Shown: piece by piece, positions 1 through 13,406 of the stretch | Layout of the letters: every line of letters starts with the position of its first letter | How positions within the stretch are numbered: position 1 is the stretch's first letter | NCBI GenBank assembly: GCA_951406725.2 | Contig: OX597824.1 | Location: 71,796,001-71,860,000 of the forward strand | Reading direction: 5' to 3' | DNA length: 64,000 nt | Source: Octopus vulgaris | Lineage: Eukaryota | Made by a program: the position numbers and the translations under genes | Notes under the pieces: model-generated | What the model saw: the letters and a program-made list of their open reading frames with translations, nothing else | What the model was told of the DNA's origin: nothing | The model's database searches: none

Positions 1-192
1 GGATATCCAACAAAGGCCATCTTCTTTAGCAAGCAGGCTTAGTAGGTTTGCTGGTGTAGTTGCCAACTGCTTGACCATGTTAGGCATCAGAATGTACTGG
101 GTTATATGTTACAAGTAGCACTAAGAGTGAGTTGAGACTTACATATATACATACATAAATGCATACATATATAAATACATTACATTCAGATA

Positions 193-680
<488 letters not shown>

Positions 681-1369
681 TAAACATACACACATATGTA
701 TACACACACGCTTGTTTACATATGTCTGTTCCATTTCATTATCAGCCACTGCAAAAATTTGAGCATGCTGATAATGAAATGATACCACACCTCTGTCTAT
801 CTCGTTAAGGTAATTGGTTAGTAATGCACACCTCGTTTTTTACTGATTCCAATCTCCATTCCCATTTTTCTTTTCTTTTCTGCATTCTCCTCTACAGTTG
901 ACTATTTTCAACTAAAGTGTCATATGTACCCAAGGAAAATGTACACTGGACAGTTACAGTACATTCATAATGTCACATAAGATACACCCGATGTACCTTC
1001 GAAACAACTGTAATACTCAACATCTTTTTTCCATCTCTTTTATTTGCAGGTTCAATTCTCGCATTATAAGCAGTGTTTGGTGGGTTTTTGATATGAAGTT
1101 GCATAGCACCTGTCATCTTAGAATTTTCTCTCAAATCTCAATATAGAAAAAAACTGACATCCCCCTACACATCCATATAACCTTCCATACACACATACAG
1201 GCATAAATACCCTAAATGTATAAATGTGTATATACAGGGCTAACACATACTATGTTTTTGTGGCTTATTATGTTATTGAGGAAATATTTTACAAAGCAAA
1301 AGTAAAAACACAAACAGTGAGGCTGGCACATCAAGTGAAATAGATGGAAAATTTATATAAAAAATATGT

Positions 1370-1765
1370 AGGTGCAGGTGTGGCTGTGTGGTAAGAAGCT
1401 TTCTTCCTAACCACATGGTCCTGGGTTCAGTCCCACTACATGGCACCTTGGGCAAGTGCTTTCATGATAATCTCAGCCTTGTGAGTGGATTTGGTAGATG
1501 GAATCTAAAAGAAGCCTGATGTGTGTGCATGTATGTCTTTGTGTTGTGTGTCTTTGTGTCCGTGCTTATCTCCCACTGCTGCTTGACAACTGCTTTTGGT
1601 GTATTTACATCCTTGTAGCTTTGCATCTCAGCAAAGGTGACTGAGAGAATAAGTACCAGGCTTAACAAAAAATAAGTACTGGGGTTGATTCATTCAACTA
1701 TAAATTCTTCAGGGCTGTGCCCCAGAATGGATGCAGTCAAATGACTGGAATAAGTAAGAAGAAAA
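1370..1765 (+). mobile_element. tRNA-derived SINE, family A
   Basis: Head gtggctgtgtggtaagaagc...gggttcagtccc with A/B-box-like motifs; many copies in the window. Confidence 0.85.
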
Positions 1766-2275
1766 TAATATCAAATATCATAACATCATGATAAGAACCA
1801 ACTTGTGACAGAGAAGAGCAAAAGTGGGCCTGGAGCTTTTTAAAGTTAGAAATTGTTACTTTTAATGTTTAATTACTATAATTTTGACGCCATCCAACTA
1901 ATAATAAATGTTTAAGTAAAATTAACATCTTCGTGTGCTAGTGAATGGCTGACACATGTCTTTTTCCATGTTGCAATCGTTTTAGTTTCAACACATAGTC
2001 TCAGATCAAGTAACTTGTCTGGCATGTACACTCTGAAATATAATTTTGATATTGAAATCATTAGTATCTTTTATCGTTTACTTGTTTCAGTCATGCTGAG
2101 GTGCTACCTTGAAGTCAAATGAATCAACCCAAGGACTAATTTTTTTAAAGCCCAGTACTTATTCTATCGGTCTCTTTTGTTGAATCACTAAATTACGGGG
2201 ACATAAACACACCAACATCAGCAGTCAAGTATGGTGGGGGACAAACACAGACACACACACACATATATATATATA

Positions 2276-2678
2276 TCACTTTGATCACTTCACTTTGACT
2301 GACCAGTCTGTCAGGCATCCATTTGACACCGCTAGTCACAGCACGCTGTCCACTCCTCTCTGGATCACGCCTTTCTCATCCACGTGATCCCAATCGTCCT
2401 CCTGAAATCGTCACTCCACCGTCGTGGAGGTCTTACGGGTGGTCTTTTCCGCTCACGCGGGTACCACTCGACAACTGAGTGCGTTCACCAATTATCAGTG
2501 AGCCGGGCGACGTGTCCAGCCCATCTATACTTGCTGCGTGTATACTCTGCGATGATATCTCTCACGCCGGACTTCTTTCTGATGATCTTGCTACTTATGT
2601 GCTCCCTCAACGAGATACCAAGCATTGACCTTTCCATGGCTCTTTGAGCCGTTACCAGTCTTTGCTCTTCTCGACATC
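2276..2678 (-). mobile_element. RTE-clade LINE 3' fragment
   Basis: Minus frame reads AQRAMERSMLGISLREH...RWAGHVARL...EWYPRERKRP..RPPRRWSDD; short repeated tail aagtgatc. Confidence 0.88.
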
Positions 2679-2797
2679 ATATATATATATACTTATAATA
2701 ATTATTTGAGGGAATATTATTCCTAACTTACAGGGAAAAGAAAAATTCAATTTAGAAATACTAAATCAAATTTCACAAAATATAATATATATATATA

Positions 2798-3042
2798 TAA
2801 AAATTAGAAAAATACCACCTTTTATCAATTCAAAATGAACAATTAAATTACACCATCTAGAAAATTACATAAATAGAAATATTAAACAAATATATAAGTT
2901 TATATTATTAATTTGAATTTTACTTAATCATCAGTATATTATTGTTATTTTATTTTTAATATTTCTATTTATGTAATTTTCTAGATGGTGTAATTTAATT
3001 GTTCATTTTGAATTGATAAAAGGTGGTTTTTTCTAATTTTTA
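2798..3042. repeat. AT-rich inverted repeat, ~89-bp arms
   Basis: 2798-2886 is the near-perfect reverse complement of 2955-3042. Confidence 0.9.
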
Positions 3043-3677
3043 TTTATATACTTATATATACATATATATGACAGGCTTCTTTCAGTTTCCATCTACTAAA
3101 TTCACACACAAAGCTTTGGTTGACAAGGTGTCACACAGTGGGACTATGTAGTTGGAGAGTAAGCTTCTTATCACACAGCCACACTATGAGAAACTTATAT
3201 CCTTGAAAAAAAAGTGGCAAATATGGTAAAGCATAACCATAATAATAAAAAAAAATTAATTATCTGTCCTGGATGTTTTGTTAATGGTTCAATACATTAA
3301 ATGATAGAAAGAAAGAAAGATAGAAAGAAAGAAAGCCCATGTGATTATTCTGCAATCAGCTAAAATATTTTGTTTGATAAATTTGGTTGATAGATGTACT
3401 TTTGACTTCTGACCTTTAAACACACTGCCTTATGACCTATATATCCACTACACACAAACGTATGTGCACACACATACACACATATACATATTCAACAAAA
3501 TAGTCCAGTGATTTAGTCTTGTTTTATTATTATTATTATTTAATCCTTTTATCCATGTTAGGTGGGGCAGAATCTATAGTCCTTCCAGGCATCTCCCAGA
3601 TTTTTAAGGTCAATCAAGGATCAGGCCTGGCTTTTGCTTCAAGTTTGAGAGATTGTAGCATATTGTTCTGCAACATA

Positions 3678-4081
3678 TCTCTTTTACTTGTTTCAGTCAT
3701 TTGACTGTGGCCATGCTGGAGCACTACCTTTAGTCGAGCAAATTGACCCCAGAACTTATTCTTTGTAAGCCTAGTATTTATTCTATCAGTCTCTTTTGCC
3801 GAACTGCTATGTTACGGGGACATAAACACATCAGCATCAGTTGTCAAGCGATGTTGGGGGGACAAACATATACACACACGTATATATATATATATATAAA
3901 TATGTACATACATACATACAACGGGCTTCTTTCAGTTTCTGTCTACCATCCACTCACAAGGCTTTGGTCGGCCTGAGGCTATAGCAGAAGACACTTGCCC
4001 AAGGTGCCACGAGTTGGACTGAACCCGGAACCATGTGGTTGATAAGCAAGCTACTTACCACACAGCCACTCCTACGCCTGT
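3678..4081 (-). mobile_element. SINE family A, full length
   Basis: High similarity to copies at 24522, 34390, 40683 and 46336. Confidence 0.9.
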
Positions 4082-4083
4082 AA

Positions 4084-4935
4084 ACAATAATACAATGTAA
4101 GTATTATTGTTTAGCTTAACCTCACCACCCTAGCTCAGCCCTACCTGACTGATTGATGATGAAAGACTTGTGATGAAAGGTGTATTCTTAATTTGATCAT
4201 AGTGTATCCAGAATTACATTATCCAAAGTAATGTGGGAAAATTTCCTGGGCTGCCTTCTGCATGAAAAACACATAGTTAAGTGCAGACTATTAGGCTTAA
4301 TGTTGTGAACCAGAAAAAGAAGAAAAAAAAATCTTTTTTAATGAGAAAAACTGAAAGAAGTGGTGAAAGCTGGCCTCAGGATTTTTAACTTCATAAAGAT
4401 GGCAACAAGATGTGTTGCAGAGGGACAGACCAAGCCATCCAAGCACGGAAAAACAGGTGTAAAAATGACAATGATGATGGCAGTGGTGCTGGTTAGTGGT
4501 GGTTGTGGTAGTGGCAGTGGTTAGTGGTGGTTGTGATGGTGGTTAGTGGTAATTGTGATGGTGGTGGTGGTTAGTGGTAGTTGTGATGGTGGTGGTGTTT
4601 GTGGTGGTGATTTTGGTGGAGGTGGAGAGGGTGGTGGCAGCATTGGTGATTAGTGGTGGTGGTGTTGGTGGTTGGTGCTGGTGGTGGTGTTTTGTGGGTG
4701 GTGGTGGTGATAATGATCATGATACAGACATGATCTTATAGCAGATGTTAGGTTCAGGTCAGTAGTGGGCGCAGATAGATGTGCTGGTTCCTTCTACAGT
4801 CACCTATGAGTCTCAGCTGTTTTTCTTCTTTTTTCCTCTCCAACAAGTCTCAGAGGTTCTGCAATAGTTACAATTATTGCCCCTTTCTTCTCTGACAAAG
4901 CCCTAAAGCAAAAATAAATGCAAAAACAAAAAAGT
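4084..4935 (+). repeat. Local segmental duplication, copy 1
   Basis: Direct repeat of 6361-7242. Confidence 0.95.
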
Positions 4936-5597
4936 AGTGATATTGAAAACATCATTATCATTATTAGCAATAATAACAACAATAACATTCTCAAAAGCAA
5001 CACCAAAATCACCCAAAACATCGAAATGCCCATCATACCTGTAGCTGAATTGCTAAAGTTATGATTAATAAGGATCCCTTTTATATAAATGAATTTTCAA
5101 AATGAAGCCTAGATGTTTGAAAGGCTTGGCTATCCAATGAGCTGGTTTTAACAACAATAAACTTGTTTTCCCAGTTTCATCTCTCAGATGAGACATACAT
5201 CATCATCATTGTCGTCATCGTCATTGTTGTCATCGCCGTCATCATCGTTGTCGTCATCGTCATTATCTTTGTCATCATTGTTGTCGTCGTTGTCATCATT
5301 ATTTTCATCATCATCGTCATTTTCATCACCATCGTCGTCGTTGCCATCATCATCATCAACACCACCATCATCGCTTTAATGTCCATTCTGCCTTGCTTGT
5401 ATGGATCAGATGGAGAGTATTGAGGCAGATTTTCTACAGCCAGCTGTGCAGTCTGCTCATGCCTTAAGACAGCACAGCCAAATGCCCCTGATCACTGGGC
5501 CATGCACCTCTACAACAATAACAACAACAACAATGATTTTTGGTTCCAGCTAGCTTTATTCCTCAAGATACTGCATTCATTGTTTTCAAAACTTTTT

Positions 5598-5640
5598 CTA
5601 CATCCTCTTCCCTTTTTGTCCATGCTTTCTTCTCTCCATC
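5598..5640 (-). CDS. Candidate terminal exon of the same minus-strand transcript (MERRKHGQKGKRM*)
   Basis: ttgttcacag acceptor, phase-compatible with 7111-7209; AATAAA at 5555-5560 followed by a TG-rich downstream tract. Confidence 0.33.
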
Positions 5641-5939
5641 CTGTGAACAACAACAACAACAAAAGCATACTGAAGCACAACCACAGTCAATATATACACA
5701 TAGTGATTATGTCTTTGAACTTTGTAATGTAGATTATAAGCAGAATTACTTTTTAGTCAACACACACACATAAACACACACTATTACACATTTTAATCTT
5801 TTGTTTATTAATGTCTTTCTCTCTTCCTGCCTTTTCTATCTGTCTGTCTGTCTGTCTACCTACCTACCTACTTACCTATCTATCTGTCTGTCTTCTTCTT
5901 CCCCAGTTGTCTTTTCTTTATTATATCTTCACATATTTA

Positions 5940-6170
5940 GGGCGGTGAGCTGGCAGACATGTTAGCTTGCCAGGCGAAATGCTTAGCAGTATTTTGTCTG
6001 TCATTACGTTCTGAGTTCAAATTCTGCCGAGGTCGACTTTGCCTTTCATCCTTTCAGGGTCGATAAATAAAGTACCAGTTTCGCACTGGGTTCGATGTAA
6101 TCGACTTAATCCCTTTGTCTGTCCTTGTTTGTCCCCTTTATGTTTAGCCCCTTGTGGGCAATAAAGAAAT
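5940..6170 (+). mobile_element. SINE family B
   Basis: ggcggtgagctggcag head and core gcctttcatcctttcggggtcgataaataagtaccag; other copies near 7652-8072(-), 9340-9742, 12445-13085, 39350, 54640 and 59572(-). Confidence 0.85.
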
Positions 6171-6360
6171 ATATATCTTCACATATTTTCACAGAGGCAC
6201 CCTGTGACACCTTCACTTCTTCATAAAAATTAGCTGGTACTTTAACTCTTTGCCTGTCAAAAGTATTTTCCTAAGTTTGTCCTAAACATCTATGCTTGCT
6301 TTCAGACTTTTAGTTAATCTTGTTTCATACATTCTGAGCAATATAAGGTGTAAAAATAAT

Positions 6361-7242
6361 ACAATAATACAATGTAAGTATTATTGTTTAGTATTATTTT
6401 TTAGCCTAACCTCACCACCCCAGCTCAGCCGTCTGACTGACTGATGATGAAAGACTTGTGATGAAGGGTGTATTCTTAATTTAATCATAGTGTATCCAGA
6501 ATTACATTATCCAAAGTCATGTGGGAAAATTTCCTGGGATGCCTTCTGCATGAAAAACACATAGTTAAGTGCAGACTAACAGGCTTAATGTTGTGAACCA
6601 GAAAAAGAAGAAAAAAAAATCTTTTTTAATGAGAAAAACTGAAAGAAGTGGTGAAAGCTGGCCTCAGGATTTTTAACTTCATAAAGATGGCAACAAGAAG
6701 TTGTGTTGGAGAGGGACAAACCAAGCCATCCAAGCACGGAAAAACAGGTGTAAAAATGACAATGATGATGGCAGTGTTGGTGGTAGTGATAGTAGTGGGT
6801 GGTGGTCGTGGTAGTGGGTGGTGGCAGCAGTGGTGATGGTTTGTGATGGTTGTGGTAGTGGGTGGTAGTGGCAGTGGTGGCTGTGATGGTGGTGGTGGCT
6901 GTGGTGGTGATTTTGGTGGTGGTGTTGGTGGTTGGTGCAGGTGGCAGCATTGGTGGTTAGTGGTGGTGGTGTTGGTGGTTGGTGCTGGTGGTGGTGTTTT
7001 GTGGGTGGTGGTGGTGATAATGATCATGATACAGACATGATCTTATAGCAGATGTTAGGTTCAGGTCAGTAGTGGGCGCAGATAGATGTGTTGGTTCCTT
7101 CTACAGTCACCTATGAGTCTCAGCTGTTTTTCTTCTTTTTTCCTCTCCAACAAGTCTCAGAGGTTCTGCAATAGTTACAATTATTGCCCCTTTCTTCTCT
7201 GACAAAGCCCTAAAGCAAAAATAAATGCAAAAACAAAAAAGT
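6361..7242 (+). repeat. Local segmental duplication, copy 2
   Basis: Direct repeat of 4084-4935 with a different (GGT)n interior. Confidence 0.95.
7111..7209 (-). CDS. Candidate 99-nt symmetric exon of an unidentified minus-strand gene (ALSEKKGAIIVTIAEPLRLVGEEKRRKTAETHR)
   Basis: Strong T-rich tract + ttag acceptor, AG|gtgact donor; open only in phase 2; no homolog recognised. Confidence 0.35.
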
Positions 7243-7651
7243 TTTTCCTTTCATAAGTCCCAAGTTACTCTGGTTGTTAAAAAAATTTGGAAATGTGTAT
7301 CATATATGGTGCATGAATGCCAGGGAAATGTCCCACATGTTACATGTGATTCACAGGTAAATGGTTAAGTAATAGTGTTTTTTTAATTTGGTAGGTTTCT
7401 AATTTTGGCTTTCAGCTTTTACAAAAATAAATTCAATATCTTTATTTTTTTGTTTTAGAGGTGATCCTTCATATTTGAAAGCCTCTCACCATTAATACTG
7501 AAAGTCTTTTCAAATAGCAGACACATAGGTATTATTGTATTAATAAATGGATGTATGAATCTAATTTCAAATACACTTTCCAATATTGTCTGTGCATCTT
7601 GATATCAGCTAATTATATTGTAAACAGTGAATTTACAGTTATCAATTACTT

Positions 7652-8072
7652 TTCTTATTTCTTTATTGCCTACAAGGGGCTAAACATAGAGGGGACAAAT
7701 AAGGACAGACAAAGGGATTAAGTCGATTACATTAACCCCAGTGCGTAACTGGTACTTAATTTATCGACCTGGAAAGGATGAAAAGCAAAGTTGGCCTCAG
7801 TGGAATTTGAACTCAGAACGTAAAGCCAGACGAAATACCTATTTCTTTACTACCCACAAGGGGCTAAACACAGAGGAGACAAACAAGGACAGACAGATGG
7901 ATTAAGTCGATTATATCAACCCCAGTGCATAACTGGTACTTATTTAATTGACCCTGAAAGGATGAAAGGCAAAGTTGACCTCAGTGGGATTTGAACTCAG
8001 AATGTAAAGCCTGATGAAATACCGTTAAGCATTTCGCCTGGCGTGCTAGCGTTTCTGCCAGCTTGCTGCCTT
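7652..8072 (-). mobile_element. SINE family B with a tandemly duplicated body
   Basis: Two consecutive copies of the core, ~7660-7840 and ~7840-8020. Confidence 0.85.
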
Positions 8073-8709
8073 AGTTATCAATTACTTTTCTCTCAATCAA
8101 TTTCAGATATAAATCTAGAGTCAAACTGAGGGTCTGGTTTTAAAAAAAAGACCACCTGCTTAAGATACCACACAATGAGATTGAACCAGGGATTGAACTG
8201 GGAAATAAACTTCCTAATCATGTGGCAATTCCTGCATTCAAATATAGAAACACATTAGATGGACTGCATTTGTAATTCTAAGGGGTTATCTTGTAACTCA
8301 CTGTGTCAATCTAAGTTTGATAAGGATTATCTTTCGACTGCACATGTGTGTAGAAAACTCATTTAACTACAAGCTAATTCAAACATACATACATAGATAC
8401 ACAAGTCTGCACACACACACACAGAGTTGGTATCAAAAGGGTGAATCAAATGAAAATTTGTTCATGCCCACAACCTGTTTCTTGAGTCATTCGCTTGATA
8501 GCAGATCAAATAACCAGCTGTTTAGTATTCTCTTCCCTGACTAGCTACCATGGTAAGCTGTGCTATTTGACACACACTTACTCTTCCTCCTAGAGACTAG
8601 CCTTAGCCTAACCTCTTCAGAGTAATTTCAACCAGTTTAAGTACATGTGTTTAACTGTTTTTGCTTTCTACTGATAGTCTTTTATCTGCTTGTACATCTT
8701 TTTTTTTGT

Positions 8710-9110
8710 TATCTTTTATTTGTTTCAGTCATTAGACTGCAGTCATGCTGGGGCATCGCTTTGAACAATTTTTAGTCGAATGACGTGATCCCAGTACTTA
8801 TTTTCCTTTTTAAGCCAGATACTTATTCTATCATTCTCTTTTGTTGAACTGCTAAGTTACAGGGATGTAACCATACCAACACCGGTTGTTTGATGGTGAT
8901 GGGAGACAAACACAGATGCAAAGACAAACACACTCAAACACACAATGGGCTACTTTCAGTTTTCGTTTACCAAATCCACTAACAAGGCTTTGGTTGGCCC
9001 AAGGCTATAGTAGAAAAACACTTGCCTAAGGTGCCACACAGCAGGACTGAACCTGGAACCATGTGGTTGGGAAACATGTTTCTTACCACACAGTCATACC
9101 TGTGCCTATA
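8710..9110 (-). mobile_element. SINE family A (older copy)
   Basis: Similarity to the other family A copies. Confidence 0.8.
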
Positions 9111-10687
9111 TCTAACTCTACAAAACAAATCATTCCCTTGAAATGAAAGCACAAAAATATCCATAAATTTTCCTACAATTGTCAAATGCACATTTTTACA
9201 AACATGTTCATGTAAGCCTTGTTGTGAGGTTACAAATTAAGGTCTGAAATGTGTTGTTTGAATACACAAACCACATTTTGTGTGATTATTGGCTTCACAT
9301 ATTGGTACCAGGTCAGCAGCTTTGGGTGGAGGGGTGGGGGTGGGGTGTAAGTCAGTTACATCGATCCCAGTATGCAACTGGTACTTACTTTATGGACCCC
9401 CAAAAGGATGAAAGGCAAAATCGACCTTGGCAGAATTTGAACTCAGAACGTAAAGACAGGCGAAATGCTTCTTTCAGCTTTCCACCATATGTTGAGTATT
9501 TACTATTGCATTATTTTACTGGTAAGAAGGCGGCAAGCTGGTAGAACCATTAGGATGGCAGGTAAAATGCTTAATGACATTTAGTTAATCTGTACGTTCT
9601 GAGTTCAAATTCCATCAAGGTCAACTTTGCCTTTCATCCTTTCAGGGTTGATAAATTAAGTACCAGTTGTGTGTTGGAGTCGATCTATTCGACTGCCCCT
9701 ATCCCAAATTTCAGGCTTGTGCCTATAATAGAAAGGATTGTCTTACTAGCAAGATCTGTAGTGACATAGATTTTTATTGGTTTGTTTTGTACCACCTCTA
9801 CTTGGTTACCCCTAAACAACTTGTAATAGGATGAGAAGTCCCCGCACTGGATGGGTGCAACTCACATCCTTGACATTAAAATATTAATCGAGGGAAAGGG
9901 TCAAGACTTCCGATTAACCTCAACAGTATAAATATTTTATTTCTGGATTTGCAATATATACATTCTTCTTTCAGGGCGAATCAGCAGCTTAGGGGCTTGT
10001 CGCAGTAGTCGAGTGGAGTGAGCCAAATCCTGTCCGTACAAGCATAGTGGATAAACGCCATGAGGTAGAGCTTGAGAGAGCTGCTAAAACACGATAGTCT
10101 TGTTCGTCTGCCAACGTTCGAGAGGACGATATGAGGGAAATTTCACTGCTGCTAGTTTTCTGCACATGCACATGAGGGAACTTCCAGCAGGCCTCCCGGA
10201 AGAATCCGACTCTGTGCATGCGTGCTGGAGATTTTCAAGATGGCTTCACTACAAACTCATCACTCCATCTCATGTCACCTTTGCTGTGTCCCCTTTGTGC
10301 ACCCCCACATTAACCACTTTTCTTAGTTCTTCCTCAACAGAAAATTGTCCTGCTCATGTCTTTTCCTGCAAGTGTTGATTGACTTGCAAAGGTCATGGGT
10401 ATTCTGTCTTTCTCTAGACTCAACATTTTAAAGCCTGTTTGTATGGTGAAACATACAAACAGGCTTACAAATGGTGATCTTACATTAGGTTTAGGTATAA
10501 AGCCTCTTTCTTCTCTATCTCCCTACTCTTAGTTTTACTGTCTTACAAGTTACTTAGTGATCTTACAAGTGATGATGTCATGAAAATAAAAACACCCATG
10601 GAAAATGGATGTTAAATGATTGTGACAATGATGACATATACACACATGCATACGTACATACATACATACATGCATGTGTACATATAT

Positions 10688-11106
10688 GGAGGAGGAGCAC
10701 TCCGTCGGTTACGACGACGAGGGTCCCAGCTGATACGATCAACGGAACAGCTTGCTCGTGAAATTAACGTGCAAGTGGCTGAGCATTCCACAGACACGTG
10801 TACTCTTAACGTAGTTCTCAGGGAGATTCAGCGTGACACACTGTAGTAGTCTTACAGTTACACATTTATTAATTTTCCAGTCTGAGGTAAAATATATGCT
10901 GCAATCGTTATGATTGGCGTTTCACTTTCACTTCAACAAGTATCACCCTTTGAAATACAGGTACTACTCACTTTTGGCAGCTAAGTGGACTGGAGCCACG
11001 TGAAATTAAGTGCCATGATCAAGGACACAACGCGTCGCCGGAAATTGAACCCACGCCCTTACGATCGTGAGCCGAATGCCCTAACCACTAAGCCACGCAC
11101 CTTCAC
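10688..11106 (-). mobile_element. tRNA-derived SINE family C, carrying an internal insertion
   Basis: Head gtgaaggtgcgtggcttagtggttaggg...gggttcaattt; related heads at 39537(+), 55938(+) and ~63175(-). Confidence 0.8.
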
Positions 11107-11107
11107 T

Positions 11108-11153
<46 letters not shown>

Positions 11154-11157
11154 TGTA

Positions 11158-11196
<39 letters not shown>

Positions 11197-13358
11197 ATAT
11201 ATGTATATATATATATGAGAATGCATTGACAGCTCAACCAACACATCAACTCTACCATGCATTGACAAACCCTCGGGAACTCTCTTAACTCAAAACGTCT
11301 TGTTGCTTTGTCAGCGACCGTCTTGAACTCTCTCAAGAAGAAATTAAATAAAACTTAAAGAAAAATAAATCATACACGCTGACAGACGAACATACATGCA
11401 TAGACACGTACATGTATGAATGATAACTTAGTTGATATCTAAATTCCAATGAAAGAGCTTTGTTTAGATCCCTGCTCAATGGAAAAAAGGACATACAAGC
11501 ATACATACATAAATGTATACATGCACGCATGCAGTAGACAGGCATATATACATACAATCACCTATACATACACATTCATACAAATGTACATATTTACATA
11601 CATACCCAAATATACATGTATATATACAAACGTGCGGGGACACACACACACACACAAATGCATTCAGGCATACATACATCAATAAACCATACTAAAAGCC
11701 TGGCATAATGTATTGACAAATTAAAAAAATGTAAATCGATAACTAGATAATTCACTTGATCAAACAACTGGAGTACTCATCGTCGAATTTGACGAAGATC
11801 CATCTTCCACAGACACATACATACATACATGTCCAAACACATGCATTTATACATATACAGATATATACATACATACATGCATTCATATATACATACATAC
11901 ATATATACATACATACATACATACATTCATACATACATATATCCATACATACATTCATACATACATACATACATACATACATACATACATACATACATAC
12001 ACGCATACATACATGTACACAGACGCATTATACATACATCTCTCATTTTCTTTTCATAGGTATTTCCTTCAGAGCTGTTGTGTATGTATGTATGTATGTA
12101 TACAAGCATGCTTGCATGAATGCATACCTACCTACCTACATACATACATGCTCAATATGTCTGAGGAAAACACCTCAGTGGAGTGTTCTCTGTTGCTAAA
12201 ATAAACACACTGTAGTAGTCTTACAGTTTCACATTTATTAATTTTCCAGTCTGAGGTAAAATATATGCTGCAATCATTATGATTGGTGTTTTACTTCCAC
12301 TTTGACAAACTTTCACCTCAACAAGTATCACTTCATTCACAGGCTGCGGAAGAATGTTTATTTTTTTTCCGCATTGTTGCGGCCCGCTTGTTAGTTATAA
12401 AGAATATTTCTTGTATAATTAAATATTATTCTTATTATTCATAATCGTTGGCACACCAGGCAAAGTGCTTAGCGGCATTTCGTCCGACTTTACGTTCTGA
12501 GTTCAAATTCTGCCCAGGTCGACTTTGCCTTTTATCCTTTCGGGGGTCGATGAAATAAGTACTAGTTACGCATTGGGGTCAATGTAATCGACTTGCCCCC
12601 TCCCAGGAACTGCTGGTCTTGTACTAAAAATTTGAAACCATTCAAATTGCTTGTGTGTGTGTGTGTGTATGCGTGTTTGTATTTGCTGTTCTTTAAAGAT
12701 GGAATGGTATGATTGTAAGGAGAGTTGACTGTGTTTTCATGCAGCTCAAGCGACTGCATTGTTGCTACATTTGCGAGGTTAAAATAAATGAAAGCATTCA
12801 ATTAATTTTTACAAGTTCATACACGAGAATATTTAACAGGCGTAACAGCAACAAACTCAAACACACACACCAATAATGACTGTTTCACATTTTACAAGGA
12901 TAGCAATTTTTTAGAGGGGAGGGTGAGTCGATTACATTGATTCAGTGCTCAACTGCTACGTATTTTATCGGCCCCGAAAAGATGGAAAGGGAAGTCGACC
13001 TCGACAGCTTTTGAACTCGGAAAATAAACAGCCGGAAGAAATGCCGAAATGTCCAACGCGCTAACAATTCTGCCAGCTCGTCGCATTAATTAATTAATTT
13101 TTTACGCGCACACACACATATATAAATAGATAAAATCCAAATAATAAATAAGCTGGCCGCGGCAGAGCGTCATGAAAATAACTGTTCTGAGTCCGTCAAA
13201 TAAAATGAGCCAGCTGAAGTTAGAGAAAATGGACAAAGATCACCTGAATCTGCTTCGTTGATAAGATCAAATAAGAAGGAAATATATTAGAAAAAGCTGA
13301 TATTGTTAGAGTTATTTCCCTCAAGACAACTCTAACTTTCCAGATTTTAAGCACATCC

Positions 13359-13406
<48 letters not shown>

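Larger units (their letters stand above)
2066..3185 (-). mobile_element. SINE family A split at its internal (TA)n by an RTE fragment and a palindromic element
   Basis: 3' half at 2066-2275 and 5' half at 3066-3185 are collinear with intact copies. Confidence 0.75.

Noticed and set aside
970-1115. Minus-strand 47-aa ORF MTGAMQLHIKNPP... with an internal AG|gtacat donor-like site
   Set aside because: Poor acceptor, no recognisable homology, no compatible partner exon.
9975-10380. GC-richer segment with a + strand acceptor and 76/92-aa ORFs
   Set aside because: All + frames close soon after the acceptor; parts resemble the decayed retroposon 3' ends seen elsewhere in the window.
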